This document shows, in pieces, positions 60,322 to 64,000 of a stretch of DNA of 64,000 nucleotides. The stretch is taken from the NCBI GenBank assembly GCA_024679065.1, contig JAGIQG010000011.1, positions 74,400,001 to 74,464,000 on the forward strand, in the 5' to 3' direction. The notes below the pieces were generated by a model, which did no database searches, had not been told where the DNA came from, and was given only the letters and a program-made list of their open reading frames with translations. Made by a program: the position numbers and the translations under genes. Source of the stretch: Sphyrna mokarran. Taxonomy: Eukaryota. Positions within the stretch are counted from its first letter, which is position 1. Each line of letters starts with the position of its first letter.

Positions 60322-61504
60322 AGGATTAAAAAGTAGTTTTATTTAAATAGTAATAAATTCCTTAATCCAATAAACAACTGTAGCAAATATACTGCACATG
60401 AACTTTGGCTTTATTATTTGATCTGTTAAGATTTACTTAGGTAGCTATTTCTTGAAATAATTTAATTTCAACAATTCTCCCTGCTTGTAACAAGCTCCAT
60501 CTTGGTGTGATTGTAAAAGGAATACACTTTTCAATTGTTCAAATGTTCTCAGTTAAAGCATTTGGACTACTGAGAAACCACTTCGGGGCCTTTTTGATGC
60601 TTATATCTCAATTATACAATAAGCCAAGGGAAAAGATACTTTATCTTGAGGGCCACGTCAAGAGCGTTACATTCATCAGAGTTCTTCAGCAAAAAGGATG
60701 AAGTCTGTTCACAACACAAGGTTGAAATGCTCCTTGTTGTTTAAATTTCGCAAACAACAAGTCAACCTCAAATGCTTTCCTTTCACTACACAGATATCAG
60801 GGAATGCTATTCAGCAACCTTCGCTCTGCTTTCTAAAGGGTCTCAATCTCAAAAGTCAGATCAGACATTCTGGCTAAAGCAAAGGAGATACAAGAATCGA
60901 TTGATTGAAATATTCAAGAATGTCAAATTGAAAAAGGGACAGATATAACCATCTATGTAGGAGAAAAATAATAAAAGATATGACTTTTGCCAGAATTAGC
61001 GTACTTATATAGTCAAAGACTTATTTCACAAGGCATTAATATGTCTTATTATATGATAACTAACCTCTTTCGAAGCTCTATTAAGATTATAAAGCATTTC
61101 ACAAACACAGAATGTTACGTTTAGGAAATTCAAAAATACAAGCCAGTTTTATCTGCTGAGTCATTTTCCACTCTAGATATACTAGGTGCAGTCATCTTTG
61201 GAAGCCCAGTTGCAGTACTGAGTAATTTCAAAATCACAGATAGATATAATAAAGCTTAAAAGCAAACACAACATCTCAAAGATGTTTAATCAGTTCAGCT
61301 GTTGCTATAAACAGTGATCTCCATGCTCATTCTCCATTAAATTCTCAAATTACAAAATCAGCACAACCTTTTCCACAGTATAAACTCTTTAAGTGGAAAT
61401 ACAAAGTACACGAATCTACATCCTTGAAATAATATGCACAGAGTTGAAGCAACATCTGTGCAGTGAATAAATTCACCAGCAGAAAGGCACTTGAAATTAA
61501 TTAA

Positions 61505-62505
61505 AGAAAAAGGTACTACAGGGATGAATGGGGGACTTTAATCTTCATATCGATTGGACCAATCAAATTAGGAAACATTGTCTGGAAGATAAGTTTACTG
61601 AGTGTTTTTGTGACAGTCTCCTGGAGGAATGTGTTGTTAAACCAACTAAAAATAAAGCTAGTTTATATCTAATACTGTGCAATAAGACAAGGTTAATTAG
61701 TGATGTTACAGTAAAATATCTATAGGGAAATAGTAATCATAATATAATTCAAGTCCACGTTGTTTGAAAATGACACAGACCAATCAGTTACAAAAATGTA
61801 ACTTACAAGTCGTAACATAACTTGAAGAGAACTGGCTAAGGCTGTTTAAGTAAAGAGACTATAAGATATAGCGGTAAATATACAGAGAGACACTTTTAAG
61901 GAAACAACTCAAAATGTTCAACAAAAAACTTTCTATTCAAGAACAAAGCTCAGCCAGATCCATCCATAAGGATAGTACTAAATTGAAAGGGGAAAAAAAT
62001 GTTGCAAAAAAAAAAAAATAAATCTGAGGATTAGAAGTGTGTTGGAAACCAAAGGGACACCAAAAAAAGGGAAAAATAGAATGAGAATAAACCAGCCGAA
62101 AATACAGAAACAAAATATTGCAAAATATTTCACAAATAGAGAAAAATAGAAAGAGAGGAGCTAGAGTAAACGTTCATCCCCAGAAGCAAAAACAAAATAA
62201 ATCATGAAGAATGTTAAAATTGTGAAAGCATTGAACAAATATTTTGTGCCTGTCTTCACAGTCAAAATGGAAATACCAGAAATGAAGGCCAAGTATCAGC
62301 AGGGAGAAATTACTCGAGAAACTCAAAGGACTAAACGTCCATGGACCTCCAGGCCTACATCACACTTGCTAGATAGCAACTGTGATTCACCAGACTAATC
62401 CCTGGGAAGGGCTGATTATCCTATAGTGGAAGATTGAGCAGACTGCCCTCTAGAATTTAGAAGAATGGGGTTCTCTCATTGAAATTTACAAAATTCTTAC
62501 AGGAT
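61505..62505 (+). mobile_element. Old degraded CR1 (endonuclease remnant to 3' region)
   Basis: MGDFNLHIDW..Q, LNKYF.PVFT and ctctagaatttagaagaatg...ctcattgaaatttacaaaattc remnants. Confidence 0.75.
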
Positions 62506-62529
62506 ATAAGGATATATCCTGTATTCTTA

Positions 62530-64000
62530 CAGGATATGGCCATTACAGAGACTTGGATGTCTCAGGGACAGGACTGGGTACTACAGGTCCTGGGATTCAG
62601 ATCCTTCAGGAAGGACAGGGAGGGAGGCAAAAAGAGGTGGTGGAGTGGCACTGTCGATCAGGGACAGTGTCATGGCTGCAGAGAAGGTGGATACCGAGGA
62701 GGGAATGTCTACGGAGTCTCTATGGATGGAATAGCAAAGGGTCGGTGACATTGCTGGGTGTATTCTATAGGCCGCCCAATAGTGACAGGGAAGTTGAGGT
62801 GCAGATAGGGAAACAGATACTGGAGAGATGTAGAAATAACAGAGTTGTTGTGATGGGAGACTTCAATTTCCCAAATATCGACTGGAATATCCCAAGAGTA
62901 AGGGGTTTGGATGGGGAGGAGTTTGTTAGGTGTGTTCAGGAGGGTTTCCTGACACAGCACGTGGACAAGCCTACAAGAGGAGAGGCTGTACTGGACCTGT
63001 TACTAGCTAATGAACCAGGACAGGTGATGGATCTCTCGGTAGGAGAGCATCTTGGGGATGGAGATCATAATTCTATCTCCTTCCCCCTTGCATTGGAAAA
63101 GGATAGGATCAGGCAGGCTAGGAAGGTGTTTGTCTGGAATAAGGGGAAATATGGAGACATCAGGCAGATGTTGGGGTGAATAAACTGGAAGGAGGTGTTC
63201 TTAGGGAAAAGCACAGAAGGAAGGTGGCAGATATTCAAGGAATGCTTGTCTGGAGCTTTGCACGACAACGTTCCGGTGAGACAAGGAGGTTTTGGTAGGA
63301 CGCGGGCACCGTGGTGCACGAAGGCTGTGGTGAACCTAGTCAGGAAGAAAAGAAAGGTGTATAAAAGGTTCAAAGAGCTAGGAGATGTTGGGGATCTAGA
63401 GAAGTATAAGGCTTATAGAAGAGAGCTTAAAAAGGAAATTAGGAGAGCCAGAAAGGGTCATGAGAAGGCCTTGGCTGGTAGGATTAAGGAGAATCCCAAG
63501 GCCTTCTACAAATATGTGAAAAGTAAAAGGATGAGAAGAGAAGGGATAAGACCTATAAAAGGTGAAGGGGGAAAAGTCTGTATGGAACCGGAAGAAATGG
63601 CAGAGGTGCTTAATGAGTACTTTGCCTCAGTATTCACGGTGGAAAGTGATCTGGGAGGATGCACTACAAGTTTGCGGCAGACTGAAAAGATTGAGTATGT
63701 AGATATTAAGGAAGCGGGTGTGTTAGAACTTTTAAATGCTATCAAGATAGACAAGTCTCCGGGACCAGATGGGATGTACCCCAGGTTTTTGTGGGAGGTG
63801 AGGGATGTCATTGCAGAGCCCCTGGCGATGATCTTTGCGTCGTCGACGGAGACGGGAGAGGTTCCGGAGGATTGCGGATGTGGTCCCTATTTTCAAGAAA
63901 GGGAACAGGGATAGTCCTGGAAATTACCGACCGGTGAGTCTGACCTCAGTGGTTGGTAAGCTGATGGAGAGGCTTCTGAGGGACAAGATTTACAAGCATT
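62530..64000 (+). mobile_element. Young CR1 ORF2 (APE endonuclease to RT N-terminus), runs off the window end
   Basis: AITETW, GVFYRPP, VVMGDFNFP.IDW, PTRGEAVLDLLL, GDHNSI, KENPKAFYKY and KSPGPDG. A few frameshifts and one stop. Confidence 0.95.

Overview
Vertebrate genomic DNA, AT-rich and repeat-dense. The repeats (CR1 LINEs, HE1/V-type tRNA SINEs, Rex/Babar LINEs, palindromic Penelope-type elements) suggest a cartilaginous fish, probably a shark (inference). Two genes lie tail-to-tail. On + are the last two coding exons and a repeat-free ~3 kb 3'UTR of ACVR2A (8889-10670, UTR to ~13.7 kb). On - are the last ten coding exons of ORC4 (46759 down to 19241), most of them missed by the ORF track. 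The ten exons have GT-AG ends and join into a 1080-nt in-frame CDS (359 aa + stop). Most long ORFs in the track are CR1 ORF2 fragments or their antisense shadows. Main things worth a second look: (1) three families of short elements carrying minimal hammerhead ribozyme motifs, with one near-intact copy in ORC4 sense orientation (39236-39272); (2) several locally templated insertions, one copying an ORC4 splice donor; (3) two young CR1 copies that share an 8-nt frameshifting deletion and sit at similar positions in older CR1s; (4) a CR1 3'UTR with hairpins, a strong splice acceptor and a SINE V-domain. Repeat boundaries are approximate. Family names and human comparisons are from recall, not from database searches.
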